64,000 nt of DNA from Eledone cirrhosa (Eukaryota), in the NCBI GenBank assembly GCA_964016885.1, contig OZ024756.1:19344001-19408000 (forward strand). The letters are read 5' to 3'. The position numbers and the translations under genes were made by a program. Shown here in pieces: positions 43,395 to 56,805 of the stretch (position 1 is the first letter of the stretch; each line of letters begins with the position of its first letter). Under the pieces are notes generated by a model. The model saw only the letters and a program-made list of their open reading frames with translations, was not told the DNA's origin and searched no databases.

Positions 43395-45789
43395 ATTAAG
43401 TATGATGGCCAGTGATCATATGGTGGATGTATAATAATAATGGTTTCTGATTTAAGCACAAGGCCAGCAATTATGGAGGAAGAAAAAGTCAATTAAATTG
43501 ACCTCAGTGCATTACTGGTACTTTATTTTATCGACCCTGTAAGGATGAAAAGCAAAACTCACCTCGGCAGGATTTGAACTTAGAAAATAAAGGGACGTAA
43601 CTATATGCAATAAAGCATGCTGTCCAACATGTTACCGATAGGAGGGGAAAGTCGATTAAATCAATCCCAGTGCATTACTGGTACTTTATTTTATCAACCC
43701 TGTAAGGATGAAAGGCAAAGTTAACCTCGGCAAGATTTTAACTCAGACCATAAAGGGGCATCACTCTATGTATGCTGCAAAGCATGGCACCCAACCCTCC
43801 ACTGAGACTGCCAATCCATCGCCATAATAAAATTAATAATGTTTCTACTTTTGGCACAAGGCCATCAATTACCCCAGTGCATTACTGGTACTTTATTTTA
43901 TCAACCGTGTATGGATGAAAGGCAAAGTTAACCTCGGTGGGATTTAGCCTTGCCTAATAATAATAATAATGTTCCTACTTTTGGCACAAGGCCATCAATG
44001 ACCCCAGTGCATTACTGGTACTTTATTTTATCAACCGTGTATGGATGAAAGGCAAAGTTAACCTCGGCGGGATTTAGCCTTGCCTAATAATACTAATAAT
44101 GTTCCTACTTTTGGCACAAGGCCAGCAATTACCCAGTGCATTACTGGTACTTTATTTTATCGACCCCGTAAGGATGAAAGGCAAAGTTAACCTCGGCGGG
44201 ATTCAGCTTTGCCTAATAATAATAATAATAACACAAATAACAAAGGTTTCATGTTCCTCAGCTAAAAGGTATTTAATTTAAGCATTTCAATTTGCCACTA
44301 ACAAAAACAGGCTTCAGTAATAAGATTTACACCCTACATAATTTACAGAGGAAAAAAAAAAAAAGAAAAATAAACAGAAGCAAAAAAAAAAAAATGTATT
44401 TATGTACAGACACACACACACACACACACAAGTACACATAAACACATTAAAGGGAGGACAGAGATTTAATTTAAAAAAAAAAAAAAATAATAATAATTGT
44501 TTATATTTTTGGCACAAGGCCAGCAATTATCCAGTGCATTACTGGTACTTTATTTTATCGACCCCGTAAGGATGAAAGGCAAAGTCAACCTCGGCGGGAT
44601 TTGAACTCAGATCGTAAAGGGACGTAACTATGCTGCAAAGCATGGCGTCTGACCCTCTACCAATACTGCCAATCCACTGAATAATAATAATAATAATAAA
44701 CAACTACATAAACAGCAAAGATCAATTAGTTTAAGTTCATTCGATTAAATTACATGCCATAATATATATATTGCTAGTTGACAGGATTAACAGAATTGCT
44801 GTCTGCTTTTTTCTTTTTCCTTTTTTTATTTTTCACAGAAGGGGTGGGGGGGAGGAAAATATTTGAAAAAAAAAAAAACAAAAAAAAAAAAACATCTATC
44901 CCATCTGTGACTACTTATCATTCTATCTATCTAGCTATCCATCTATCAATAAGTAAGTAGATAGGCTTGGTAAATTCATTGAAATTTGGTGGGTGTGTGT
45001 AACAAGACTGTCCTTTTAACAAAAACAAACAAAACAAAACAAAACAAAGAAACAAGTAAAATAAAATATAATCAATAAACAATTAATTAATTAATTAATG
45101 TCTCATTAGGAATGTCACCCTGAAAATTTTTTCTAAACTTTTTTTTTGGGTGGGTGGTGGGTTGGGTGGTGGGTTGGGTTGTGGGTGCAGAAGAATGTGT
45201 TACTGCTGATGCTACAGTTGCATGAGCTAACTGGCTAACAGCAGAAACTGTAACAGAAACCAACAGTAGGAAATGTAGGTGGTTTCTTCTTTGTTGTTTC
45301 CTTGTTTGTTTTTCTCTTTCTTTATTTTGTTTATTAATATTTTTTTTAACTGGACACTGATTAGGTTTGTCACTGGGCTGGTCAATAAAAATCCTGCATT
45401 TTCATTAGGGAGTTAGCGGGCCCTAGATAACATTAGGGAGTTAGTGAGCCCTAGACAACATTATGTCAGTAGAGTCAGAGAGATAGAAAAAAAAAAAATT
45501 GGAAAAACAGAGATAGAAAAAAGAGAGAGAGAGAAGTGTTCAGAGAGAGAGAGAGAGAAGCGTTCAGAGAGAGAGCTGGCGAGGCAACAAAAGTGAGGCC
45601 TTTTTTTTATGAAGTAAAGAATTAACTAGACTTCAAAGCTTCAACTCAGTATGTGTATCTGTGTGTGCGTATGTAAGTCTGTGTGTGTGTGTGTGTGTGT
45701 GTGATGAAAAACGGCAACTGTGGCCAGCTCGTCCCGAATTACCTCTGATACACTGTAAAAAGATTGTGCGACTATTAGAAGGCAACTGG

Positions 45790-45846
45790 TCACCATAGGT
45801 GAATCTCACGGATTTCACTAATGATCTGGCTAGCACGCTGCAAAGC
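45790..45846 (-). CDS. DNM1L: Dynamin-1-like protein (Drp1), last coding exon: ALQRASQIISEIREIHLW*
   Basis: TTTCAG acceptor. Matches the conserved Drp1 C-terminus (human ALQGASQIIAEIRETHLW). Confidence 0.95.
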   Translation of the reverse strand, partial: ALQRASQIISEIREIHLW

Positions 45847-45934
45847 CTGAAATTGGAAAAAAAGAAAAATATACATGAATCATCATCATAATCACTGTTT
45901 ATTATCTATTTTTCCATGCTTGCATGGGTTACAT

Positions 45935-46226
45935 CAGAGGTTCTTTAAGTGGGCACTACTGCCCCACCCCAGCGGCGTTGAGAAGGTCCAGGGGGTGCTG
46001 GGGCCTAAGGGGGTGGGGGGTTAGAAATAATATAATAGTATATTAAATATCAAATAGTAAAATAAAAAATATATATTTATTTATGCATAGTATATATTAT
46101 ATTATATTTATTATATATTATTTACAATTTGCGTGTAGGCAGGTCTTTTTTGAAATAGGGTTGGGGGGACTGACGGTTACGTGGCCGCGTGAGGGGGCGG
46201 TGGCCAAAAAAGTTTGAGATCCTCTG
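45935..46226. mobile_element. hAT-type MITE
   Basis: TIRs CAGAGGTTCT / AGATCCTCTG with an 8-bp TSD GGTTACAT/GGTTAGAT, splitting an RTE-tail SINE. Confidence 0.75.
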
Positions 46227-46339
46227 GGTTAGATGGGTTGTAACGTTATGAGACAAGTCAGGCCAGCCAGGTGACCATGTCTTGCTCATACAGATCTGTA
46301 TTTTGGCTTGATTGCCCTTACTAGTACCAACCATGTGTT

Positions 46340-46840
46340 ACAGTGTGGACTGGGTACTTTTTTGTCATATCACCAGCACTACCACATTACAAGGTGGACT
46401 GGGTGCTTTTTTTGTCATATCACCAGTACTACCACATTACAAGGTGGACTGGGTGCTTTTTTTGTCATATCACCAGCACTACCACATTACAAGGTGGACT
46501 GGGTGCTTTTTTTGTCATATCACCAGTACTACCACATTACAAGGTGGACTGGGTGCTTTTTTTGTCATATCACCAGCACTACCACATTACAAGGTGGACT
46601 GGGTGCTTTTTTTGTCATATCACCAGCACTACCACATTACAAGGTGGACTGGGTGCTTTTTTTTGTTATATCACCAGCACTACCACATTACAAGGTGGAC
46701 TGGGTGCTTTTTTTGTCATATCACCAGCACTACCACATTACAAGGTGGACTGGGTGCTTTTTTTGTCATATCACCAGCACTACCACATTACAAGGTGGAC
46801 TGGGTGCTTTGTCATCATGTCACCAGTACAACCACCTTAC
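46340..46840. repeat. 50-bp tandem repeat, ~10 copies, derived from an RTE 3'UTR/SINE internal unit
   Basis: Unit ACCACATTACAAGGTGGACTGGGTGCTTTTTTTGTCATATCACCAGCACT. A related degenerate array lies on the opposite strand at ~48955-49410. Confidence 0.93.
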
Positions 46841-47407
46841 AGAGTAGAATAGGCAATAATGATTTCTAACATTGGCATAAGGCCAGCAATTTGTAGGAAA
46901 GGCAAAGTCGAATATATCAACCTCAGTACATTACTGGTACTTTATTTTATCGAATCTGGAAAGATGAAAGGTGAAGTTGGCCTTGCTGGAAAACACTGAA
47001 GTAGCCAGAGTAATGAGAGACATTCAACAGCCATGGTAATTCTTTCTGTTCAAACCACTCATACTGATGTTAAGGTATTGTTCTCAAAATAAATAATATC
47101 AAAATCTCATAGATTCGATATTATGTGAGATATTATGTGAGATATTATGTGAGATATTATTTAAGATAAAACCTCTACCACAAAACTACAACAGTATATA
47201 TAGAGTAATGTAAATGCTAAAGGGTTAAACCTAATTTAGGGGCTTTTCAGTTGTGGTGGAGCTGAAAGTTTGTGCTCTCATCCTTGCATTTCAACTTCTT
47301 TATCTGAATAGAAATGGGGGCGAGTGGTGACAAAAAAATAAAAAAGGGTTAAACAAAACCCAAATGCGAATATTTGCTGAATATATTCAAACATATTTTA
47401 ATTTGTG

Positions 47408-48185
47408 AAGGTGGTGGTGAGGTGGAGGGAGTGAGGTGGAAGGAGTGGGTGGAGGGAGGGAGGTGGAGGGAGTGGGTGGAGGGAGTGGGGAGGAGGGTGG
47501 AGGGAGTGGGGAGGAGGGTGGAGGGAGTGGGGAGGAGGATGTGGGGTGGAGGGGTAGGGTGGTAGGATTGGAGTGAGATGGAGAGTTGGAATGGCAGGGT
47601 GAGGTGAGAAGTTGAGGTAGAGAGGTGGAGATGGGGGGGATGAAGTGAATGAGGAGGAGTGATGATGAGGATGAGGAGAGGGGGGAAGAGAAGGATGAGG
47701 ATGACAGAGTGATGGTGAGGAGGAAGAGAGGGTGGAAGAGGAGGAGGTGGACGGAGTGATGATGATAAGGAGGAGAACAGAGTGAGGACGATGAGGAAGT
47801 GGAGGAGGAGGGAGTGGTGATGTTCATGATGAGGGGGGGAGGAGGAAGAGGTGGCAGATGAGGACGGAGTGAGCATGAGGAGGAGGAAGACGTGGAAGAT
47901 GAGGACGGAGTGAGGATGATGAGGAGGATGGAGTGATGATGAGGAGGTGGAAGATGAGGAGGAGACGGAGGTGGAAGATGAGGAGGAGGAGGTGGAAGAT
48001 GAGGAGGAGACGGAGGTGGAAGAGGAGGAGGAGACGGAGGTGGAAGAGGAGGAAGAGGAGGAGGTGGAAGATGAGGAGGAGACGGGGGTGGAAGATGAGG
48101 AGACGGAAGTGGAAGATGAGGAGGAGGAGGAGGCGGTGGAAGATGAGGAGGATGAGGAGGAGGTGGAAGAGGAGGACGATGAGAA
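47408..48185. repeat. Polypurine (GGA/GAG-rich) low-complexity tract in a DNM1L intron
   Basis: Visible directly. Begins ~10 nt from the exon donor. Confidence 0.9.
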
Positions 48186-48195
48186 AGATACCCAC

Positions 48196-48407
48196 TTGTA
48201 ACATCTCGTGGCCCTCATTTCTCCGGGTAGCTATGTGTTCTGACTCATCCAGTAGTGTGTTTATCTCCTCTTTCTTGTACAGCTGACTGACAAGTTCACT
48301 CTGTAGGTTGTCCTTCACATAGTTCACTAAGAAGTGCATGATAGCTTTTGGTACACTGTCCTGTATACTCTTACGCACTATCAGGAAGTAAGCTTTGATG
48401 AGACGTT
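48196..48407 (-). CDS. DNM1L: Drp1 GED exon: (E)[44 protein letters not shown]...EMLQ
   Basis: TTTCAG acceptor and GTGGGT donor, phase 1-0. Canonical dynamin GTPase effector domain. Confidence 0.96.
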
Positions 48408-49783
48408 CTGAAACAAAAGGGAACAAAGTTCGTTTAATGACAACAACAACAGCAGCAGCAGCAGCAACAACATGGCAGTGGTGGTGACGATGAAGACAAC
48501 AGCTAAAACAACCTCAACAACAACAACAACATGGCAGTGGTGGTGACGAAGACAACAGCTAAAACAACCTCAACAACAACAACCTCAACAACAACAACAT
48601 GACAGTGGTGGTGGTGACGACGAAGACAACAGCTAAAACAACCTTAACAACAACAACAACAACCTCAACAACAACATGACAGTGGTGGTGACGACGAAGA
48701 CAACAGCTAAAACAACCTTAACAACAACAACAACAACAACAACAGCAACCATAACAACAGCAACAATGTTGGTAGAGGTAATGTCGATGACGATGAAAAC
48801 AACAGCTAAAACAACCTCATCATCAATATCAACAGCAACATTGATCTTTGCAATATTTGAAATCAAGGAGTATTTTTGTAGTAGAACGAAGACCGGTTTC
48901 GGGTGGTTTGCCTTGAAAATGTTTGTTAAAAAAATAGAAAAGATGACACAACAAAGCAAAGCACCTAGTCCTCTCTGTAAGGTCGTCGTACTGGTGTCAC
49001 AATGAAAAACACCCAGTCCTCTCTGTAAGGTTGTCATGGTGGTGACATGATGGAAAGTACCCAGTCTACCCCGTTAGATGGTTGTTTTGGTGCTACGATA
49101 AAAAGCACCCAGTCCACCCTGTAAGGTCATCAATGCTGGTTACACAACGAAAAGCACCCAGTCCTCTGTGTAAGCTCATCATGCTGGTGACAATGAAAAG
49201 CACCCAGTCCTCTGTGTAAGGTGATCATGCTGGTTACACAATGAAAAGCACCCAGTCCTCTGTGTAAGGTGATCATGCTGGTTACACAATGAAAAGCACC
49301 TAGTCCTCTCTGTAAGCTCAACATGCTGGTGATATGATGGAAAGCACCCAGTCCACCCTGATAGACGGTTGTTTTGGTGCCACGATAAAAAGCACCCAGT
49401 CCACACTGTAAACATGGTTGGTGTTAAGAAGGGCATCCAGCCATAGAAACCAAGCCAAAATACAGATCCATATGCGCAAGACATGGGGGCACCTCGACCC
49501 GATTTGTCTCATAACGTGACAACCCGTCTAACCTATGCAAGTGTGGAAAAATGGACGTTAAACAATGATGATGTTGATAAACACATAAGGTAATGTATTC
49601 TTTGCTACACTATGCCTTGAAAAAAATACAAAAAAAACAGACAGTTAATGATTGGAATAAAGAAGGACATCTGGCTGTACAGCAGTTTGATAATATGCAA
49701 ATCATGCTGATCAGTCACTGCATATTCCAGAAAATATCATATATTTTCACTAGCTCTGACAGTTGGCAGGTAAGTAGTATACT

Positions 49784-49825
49784 GTACTGATGAAGGGTAA
49801 TCACCCAGAAACATTAGTGTCTGCC
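49784..49825 (+). ncRNA. Minimal type-I hammerhead-like motif (same family as 18966)
   Basis: GTA CTGATGA A GGGT-AATC-ACCC A GAAA CA-TTAG-TG TC TGC. Has a GUC triplet but a weak stem I. Confidence 0.5.
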
Positions 49826-50127
49826 ATTCTGTTTACATGCTAACACAAGAACAAGAATGACAGGGTCATTCTACTGACATGGCTTACAGAGGCTGTTTGC
49901 ATAATTGCAAACAAATCGAATATTATTATTAATATTCCAAAAACTCAAATTTACATTTCTTGTATTCAGCCATGTAGCGCGATAAAACTATTTGTTAGTT
50001 ATATATGTATATATATATATATCATCATCACTGTTTAACGTCCATATTTCCACGCTGGCATGGGTCAGATGAGTTATCCTGTTGTGAGCAATGCTAGGTA
50101 GGATAGCCATGTTATGCTCATACAGAA

Positions 50128-50154
<27 letters not shown>

Positions 50155-50158
<4 letters not shown>

Positions 50159-50525
50159 ATATTAATAAATGGAAACTATATTTATAAAACCATAATTATT
50201 TTATTATATATATCAGATAAAATACAAAATATGTTTTATAAATGTTGACATACCCGTAGAAAAACAACCTTCAACCGTCAAGGTTGTTTTTCTACGGGTA
50301 TGTCAACATTTATAAAACATATTTTGTATTTTATCTGATGAAAGCGCACCAAAATTGCCTTGGTTGCCCTTGAAATATATATAATAAAATAATTATGGTT
50401 TTATAAATATAGTTTCCATTTATTAATATATTGAATATTTACTCCAGTAAATTGTTGAGTGCTTTATATCAGTTATAAAACTTTTAAGCTTGTTGAATCC
50501 CAACAAATTAAATATAACTTCTGCA
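50155..50525. mobile_element. Foldback element family B, second copy (palindrome 50155-50433, tail to 50525)
   Basis: Homologous to 42968-43350 in the opposite orientation, with (TA)n flanks. Confidence 0.82.
50327..50391 (+). ncRNA. Type-I hammerhead ribozyme motif
   Basis: TATTTTAT CTGATGA [AAGCGCACCAA..TTGGTTGCCCTT] GAAA TATATA TA ATAAAATA. Confidence 0.68.
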
Positions 50526-50885
50526 TATATATATATATACACACACACACACAAATATATACAGAGAGAGAGAAAGATCAGGATGTTTACTGCAGGTTGT
50601 AGTATTAATGGTGGTGGTGGTTGCAATGGTTTTTGATGATAGGGCTGTTGAATCAGGGCTGGCCTTGAGTTAAACAGCCCAAGAAACCTGGACATCTGTT
50701 GGGCTGTAAATAGATATTTCTATTGTTTTCATGGTGTGGTTTAAATGAACACCAGCGTCCTTTCAACCACTTCTCTAATGACAGCATATCTGTCTGTGCG
50801 TAGCGGCCACTTTGTGAACCTCTGATGTAAAATCACCAACATTTAAAACAAAAATTCCAGAGAAAAGACTGTATAATCAACCCAC

Positions 50886-50946
50886 CTATAACAGTACAGT
50901 CTCTTTGTTCTCGAGCAGACAGTTTTCTCATGGGTGTAATTGTTGG
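50886..50946 (-). CDS. DNM1L: Drp1 exon: PTITPMRKLSAREQRDCTVI
   Basis: CTTACAG acceptor and GTGGGT donor, phase 0-1. Contains the RKLS PKA site (human S637 equivalent). Confidence 0.95.
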
Positions 50947-53817
50947 CTGTAAGAAATTAGAAAAAGAAAAACCATTAAACTCTTTAGAAAAGAAGGAAAA
51001 AATAGCATACAAAACAGAAACAGATAATTTGACCTAAAAACACTTTTCTTGCGACACTAACAGAAGCCAACAGAATATTAATTCATAGAGAAAGAGAGAA
51101 CAGGATATCTGCTGCAGGTTGCTATATTAATGTGTGTGTATGTATGTGAGAAGAGAATGGGGAAGAGAGGGGGGGATAAGGGAGAGAGAGAGTAGGGAGA
51201 GATTTTATAAGGCTGGATGCTCTTCCTATCACCAACCACTATACAGAGTATACTGGGTATGTTTATCATGTAACCCACCAACACTAGAGAAGTTGTCATA
51301 TCGTTGACACAACTGAAGAGTCATTTTGATTGTTTTTTGACACAGTTTCTACAGGGAGATGACCTTATTACCAACCACCTTACAGAGTGTACAGGGTGCA
51401 TTCTTCAAGACACCAACACTGGAGTTTGTCAGTCATTGACTCCACTCTAGAGCCCTCTCTGCCCTACGGGGGAAGAAGAGCGATAAGTATATCATGGGTG
51501 TCTGGCAAGTATAGTGGGATTTGACAGGGTGATGAGAAGGGGAGTGAACTCCAATTGTATGGGAGGGGGGGGGTACTGTGATGATAACAGCTTCTAAGGA
51601 ATGCTAGTGGAGTGGGATGTCATGTGGATGAGTCAGGTCAGGTTGAGTCACATATGTTGCTAGGTGTTGTCTTCTCCAGTACAACATGCCTCCAATGTTT
51701 GTGGTCATTTACCATCTCTAGAGTGAGATTAAGCTTCTTAGGGTCAGTCTTCACTGCTTCATCCCATGACTTCCTGGATCTGCTTTTTTCAAGAGTTCCA
51801 ACTACTGAGATATATATATATATATGCATGCATGGTCCCGTAATTCCTGAAGGGGCCATAGAGGCGCCATAAGGAGGAAGAATCAACCCAGTATTAGACT
51901 GGTACTTTTTTTTTTATTGACCTCAAAAGGACGAACGGCAAAGTTGACCTTGGTATATATACATATACACATATAGATACATACATATACATATATACAC
52001 ATACATACATACATACACACATATATAGATACACACATATACATACATCATCATCGTTTAATATCTATCTTCCACACTAATATATATATATATATATATA
52101 TACATATATTTATATATATGTATATTACTAAGAGGTAAAGACCTCCTTCAGTCACAAATGACTATGGGATTTGCACCAAAAAAGTTCCCCTCCAAGGCAC
52201 AAGTAGGGCAAGTTTGTTTGGGGAAAACCAGCAGTTTCCCATGCTTACCAGTTTCCTCTCTCTACGTCAACGATGTTGTCGAAGGGAAAGGCAATGGTTG
52301 ATACAGCTTAGCACTGGTGATGTAGCAACTCATTTCTACAGCTGAGTAAACTGGAATAACATGAAATAAAGTGTCTTGCTCAAGGACACAATGTACCACC
52401 CGGTCCAGGAATCAAACTCACAATCTCACAATTACAAGCTCAATGCTCTAACCCCTAAGCCACGTGTCTTCACACACATACATACATACATATATATATA
52501 TTGGGAAGCGTTTCCCTTTGGAAAATAAATACCATTTCAACAAAAATACTGCTAGTATATCTTTCTCCACTCCTCCACCCCCTAATCTTGCTCATAATAT
52601 AACCTCATCCAACACAATCGAACTATAGCAACAGAGATAATTATGGGAAAATTTTAAACATGATTGCATAAAAAGGGACAACTGCTTTCTAGCGGGGAAA
52701 TGCTTATCTAATAATATAGTAAATAAATGTAAAGTTGATACTCATTCCACTACCAAGATGCATATATAGAGTTAACAGCCAACCGATTCAAGCTAAGATA
52801 TCATATGCAAAACCATTTGTTTCAAAATTTCCAGTTAGAAGGAATATTTAAAAAATCTAGAAATGTAGTTTAGTAGGTGAATAGTGCTATAGTGTCTTCT
52901 TATCTGTTATTTTTATTGAGTTTTATCAGCAGTATCGGTAGAGGGTTGGACGCCATGCTTTGTAGCATGGAGCTACGCCCCTTTATGGTCTGAGTTCAAA
53001 TCCCACCGAGGTTAACTTTGCCTTTCATCCTTACGGGGTCGATAAAATAAAGGACCAGTAATGCACTGGGATAATTGCTGGCCTTGTGTCAAAAGTAGAA
53101 ACAATTATTATTGTTGTTGTTGCTATTGAAGGGCGGTGGATTGGCAGTATCGGTAGAGTGTCGGACAACATCCTTTGCAGCATATAATTAACGTCCCTTT
53201 ACTTTCTGAGTTCAAATCCTGCTGAGGTTAGCTTTACCTTTCATCCTCAAGGGGACGATAAAATAAAATACCAGTAACGCACTGGGGTCGATTTAATCAA
53301 CTTTCCTCTCCCCCAAAATTGATGGTCTTGTGCCTAATTCAGAAACATTATTATTATCATCATTATCAAGTATTATTATCATTATCAAGTATTGTGGTTA
53401 ATAAAGAAAACATTATTAAGAATTATTAGTATTAGTATTATTAATATTATTATTATTCTATATGTAGAAGCAATTATTAATGAATTTGAGTATTCAGTTT
53501 ACTTTATAAGCTTTATACACTGTTAGCTTAGTACATACACACTAGTTTTTTTACCTCATCAAATGATGTAAAACTATTTCTACCTAATCCATCAGTATGC
53601 TTGAGACTGGAGTTCTAAAGCAGGTTCTTTCATACATCCAACAGCTTTCCGAATTATTTTGAATATTATAGTGTTTGCTTGCAATATTTCAAAATATTTA
53701 TATCTGTGTTAACAGATTTTAGCATATCTCAGTATCTGAAGATCCATTCGAAAGGGGAGTTGCTAGAGAGTCTATGGTAAAACTTATAATCCACTCAAAT
53801 AAATATATGCCCTATGG

Positions 53818-54585
53818 CAAGAGTCACCTACCAGTGGTCCAAGAGAAAATTTTGGTGGTCTGCAGAAGAATTTGGACATTATTTGCAATTTTTATGTTTT
53901 AATAATAATTGTTTCTACTTTTGGCACAAGGCCAGCAATTACCCAGTGCAGTACTGGTACTTTATTTTATCGACCCCGTAAGGATGAAAGGCAAAGTTAA
54001 CCTCGGCGGGATTTGAACTCAGACCATAAAGGACCATAACTGTTTTAATAATAATAAAGGACCGTAACTGTTTTAATAATAATTGTTTCTACCTTTGGCA
54101 CAAGGCCAGCAATTACCCAGTACATTACTGGTACTTTATTTTATCGACCCCGTAAGGATGGAAGGCAAAGTTAACCTTGGCGGGATTTGAACTCAGAATG
54201 GAAAAGGCTATAACTCTATGCGTCAAAGCATGGCGTCCGACCCTCAACCGATACTGCCAATCCACCGCCTTTAAACTGTTTTAATAATAATAAAGGACCA
54301 TAATGTTTTAATAATAAAACAAAAATAATATTCAGTTAAAATATATTTTATAACCCCACTAAAAATGTTTCTCTTCAGTAAAGAACTAACATCCAATTTT
54401 ACACATATGTATCATCTATCAACAATGACACACATACACTTCAGTATTGTTTAATAAAATGAAAGCTCTCTGATTATTGTTTTACAAATGTATTTATCTT
54501 TTTAAAAAAATTCATACTAGTGGTCCATGGGATTTAAAATTATGAATTTAACGACCCATGAGGTCCGAAAGGTTGGCGACCGCTG
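53818..54585. mobile_element. Degenerate hAT-type MITE with nested SINEs
   Basis: Ends CAAGAGTCACCTACC / GGTTGGCGACCGCTG with CCCTATGG/ATCTATGG flanks. Confidence 0.5.
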
Positions 54586-54805
54586 ATCTATGGCTATATA
54601 TGCATAAAATCAGTTCTGTATGAGAAAAACATCGTCATCTGACCTGGCTTGTCTCATAATGAGACAACTCGTCTAGCCCATGCTAGCATGGAAAAATTGA
54701 TGTTAAATGGTGATGATGATAATATATGCAAAAAGTAAACGGAAACAATAAAGCAAACACAGTACAACGAAGAAATATTAGTTTAACGCTTGATATAGCA
54801 GGAAA

Positions 54806-54842
<37 letters not shown>

Positions 54843-54870
54843 CTCGCTGTCTTAGAGATTATTTGTCATT

Positions 54871-54909
<39 letters not shown>

Positions 54910-55125
54910 GTAAAGAAACATACAGACAGAAAGATAGATAGATAGATAGATATAAAGATTGGCATACACGGACATATATATATATATAAAAAGTCAAAGT
55001 CAAGAAACAACAAGAAAGGACAAACAATTTCAATAACAGCTGTATTAGTGTGTGTGTCTGTGTATGTATATATATATATATACAGAGAGAGAGACACATA
55101 TATAAATACATATACATATATATAT

Positions 55126-55305
55126 ATAGAATAGCTTTCATTGTATTTTTTTACTAAAGAAATTTTAGTCTGATAATGGGGTTTAGAACCCTCAGATAAA
55201 TGGAGTACATCAATACTCATCTTTTTCCATTTATCTGAGGGTTCTAAACTCCATTATCAGACTAAAATTTCTTTAGTAAAAAAAATACAGTGAAAGCTAT
55301 TCTAT
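55126..55305. repeat. Near-perfect foldback inverted repeat (~80-bp arms, ~20-nt loop)
   Basis: AGAATAGCTTTCATTGTA...CCCTCAGATAAATGGA pairs with TCCATTTATCTGAGGG...TACAGTGAAAGCTATTCT. Confidence 0.92.
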
Positions 55306-55869
55306 TTTCTAATTTCAAACCTGCTCAGTTTCAAAACATATTTACATATATATATATATATATGTGTATGTATGTATACATACACACACATGCACGCACA
55401 CACACACACAGACAGACAGACAGGCAGACAATTTTGGAGGCATTTTGTTATGCACAACTGAGAAGTGGAATATTCTAAGAAAGCTTTAAAACTCCACTGG
55501 TTCAAGTCCAAGACTGATTTCTTCAACTGTTATCCCTACACCACTAAATTCATTCTTAAGCAATGGAAAATTCTACCAACACAGAGATAACACTTCAGTC
55601 ATCTCAAATTTTACCAACTCTGCATGTGGCTACTCCTAACCAATGTGAAGCCCAGGTTTTGCTCAAGATAAACCACATCCAACACCTAACCAACTTTCTG
55701 AAGAAGAATCAAAGCTTTTGGTAGTACGACTTTACATTACTTCAGAAAAACCATCCAACCCATGTCAGCATGGAAAGATGGATCTAAACCAATGATGATG
55801 ATGATGATGATGATGACAACCACCACACACACATACTTGCTCAGAAGACTTCATGAAGCAAATCAACAA

Positions 55870-56805
55870 GAGATGCCCTTTGTTTACCATATTTCTAATG
55901 AAATACACAACCTATTATTTTCAAAATAAAAAATTTTAAATAATCAAGAATTTGTAGGAATTTAATAATATAATTTACTTTTTCATTATTAAGTAGGTGT
56001 TTGGAACATAACTTAATGAAGGAATTTACAGAAAATAATGATGGAAGGTTTTTAGATAAATATAATCACTTTAAAACAAGGTTTTGTATCATAGAACCAG
56101 GGGCAGTTTCAGGGAGTTTGGTATCAAAAGGGTTAAGCTGGTGTTTCGTAACTTTCTTATTATCAAGCTGGTTTTTGAAACATAACTTAAAGGATCTTAC
56201 AGAGAATTATGATGGAACACTGCTGACCTAGGTGTAGAATGTTTCACCCTCTCCCCTTTCTTATGTCACCTAATAGGCCTTGTCTTTCCCTCTCATTTAC
56301 GGCATTTATAGTCCTTTACAATGCCGCTTTCTCTTTTTATATCTGACTAAATATTAAATTATTATTTTTATGTAATTTTATCCTAAAAATATATTTAGAT
56401 AAATATTAAAAAAAAACACTTTAAAGCAAACAATTTTTATGTTGTAGAACATCAAAAGGATTAAGCTGGAGTTTAGTCATTTTCTCAGTATTAAGCTGGT
56501 GTTTGGAACATAACTTAAAGGATCTTACGTAAAATTATGATGGAAAGCTTTTAGATAAATATAAAAATCTTTAAAACAAACAATTTTTGTGTCGTAGAAC
56601 CAGGAGAGGTTTCAGGAGTTTTGTAATCTAAGGGGTTAAGTTTAATAATTTTCTCATTAGTTGGTGTTTGGAACATAACTTAAAGGATCTTACATAAATT
56701 ATGATGGAAGGCTTTTAGATAAATATAAACACTTTAAAAAAAAAAAAAGTTGTGTTGTAAAACTAGGGGACAGTTCCAGGTGCTTTGACAATGAAAAGGG
56801 TTAAT
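55870..56805. repeat. Tandem partial copies of a second TTAA-type MITE end
   Basis: GGTGTTTGGAACATAA..TTATGATGGAA..AAAAGGGTTAA repeated ~4-5 times. Confidence 0.6.

Noticed and set aside
46340-46840. CRISPR-like regular repeat
   Set aside because: Head-to-tail units with no unique spacers, eukaryotic context, no cas genes.
47349-48286. Poly-S, poly-E and poly-R ORFs
   Set aside because: Translations of the intronic GAG/GGA low-complexity tract.
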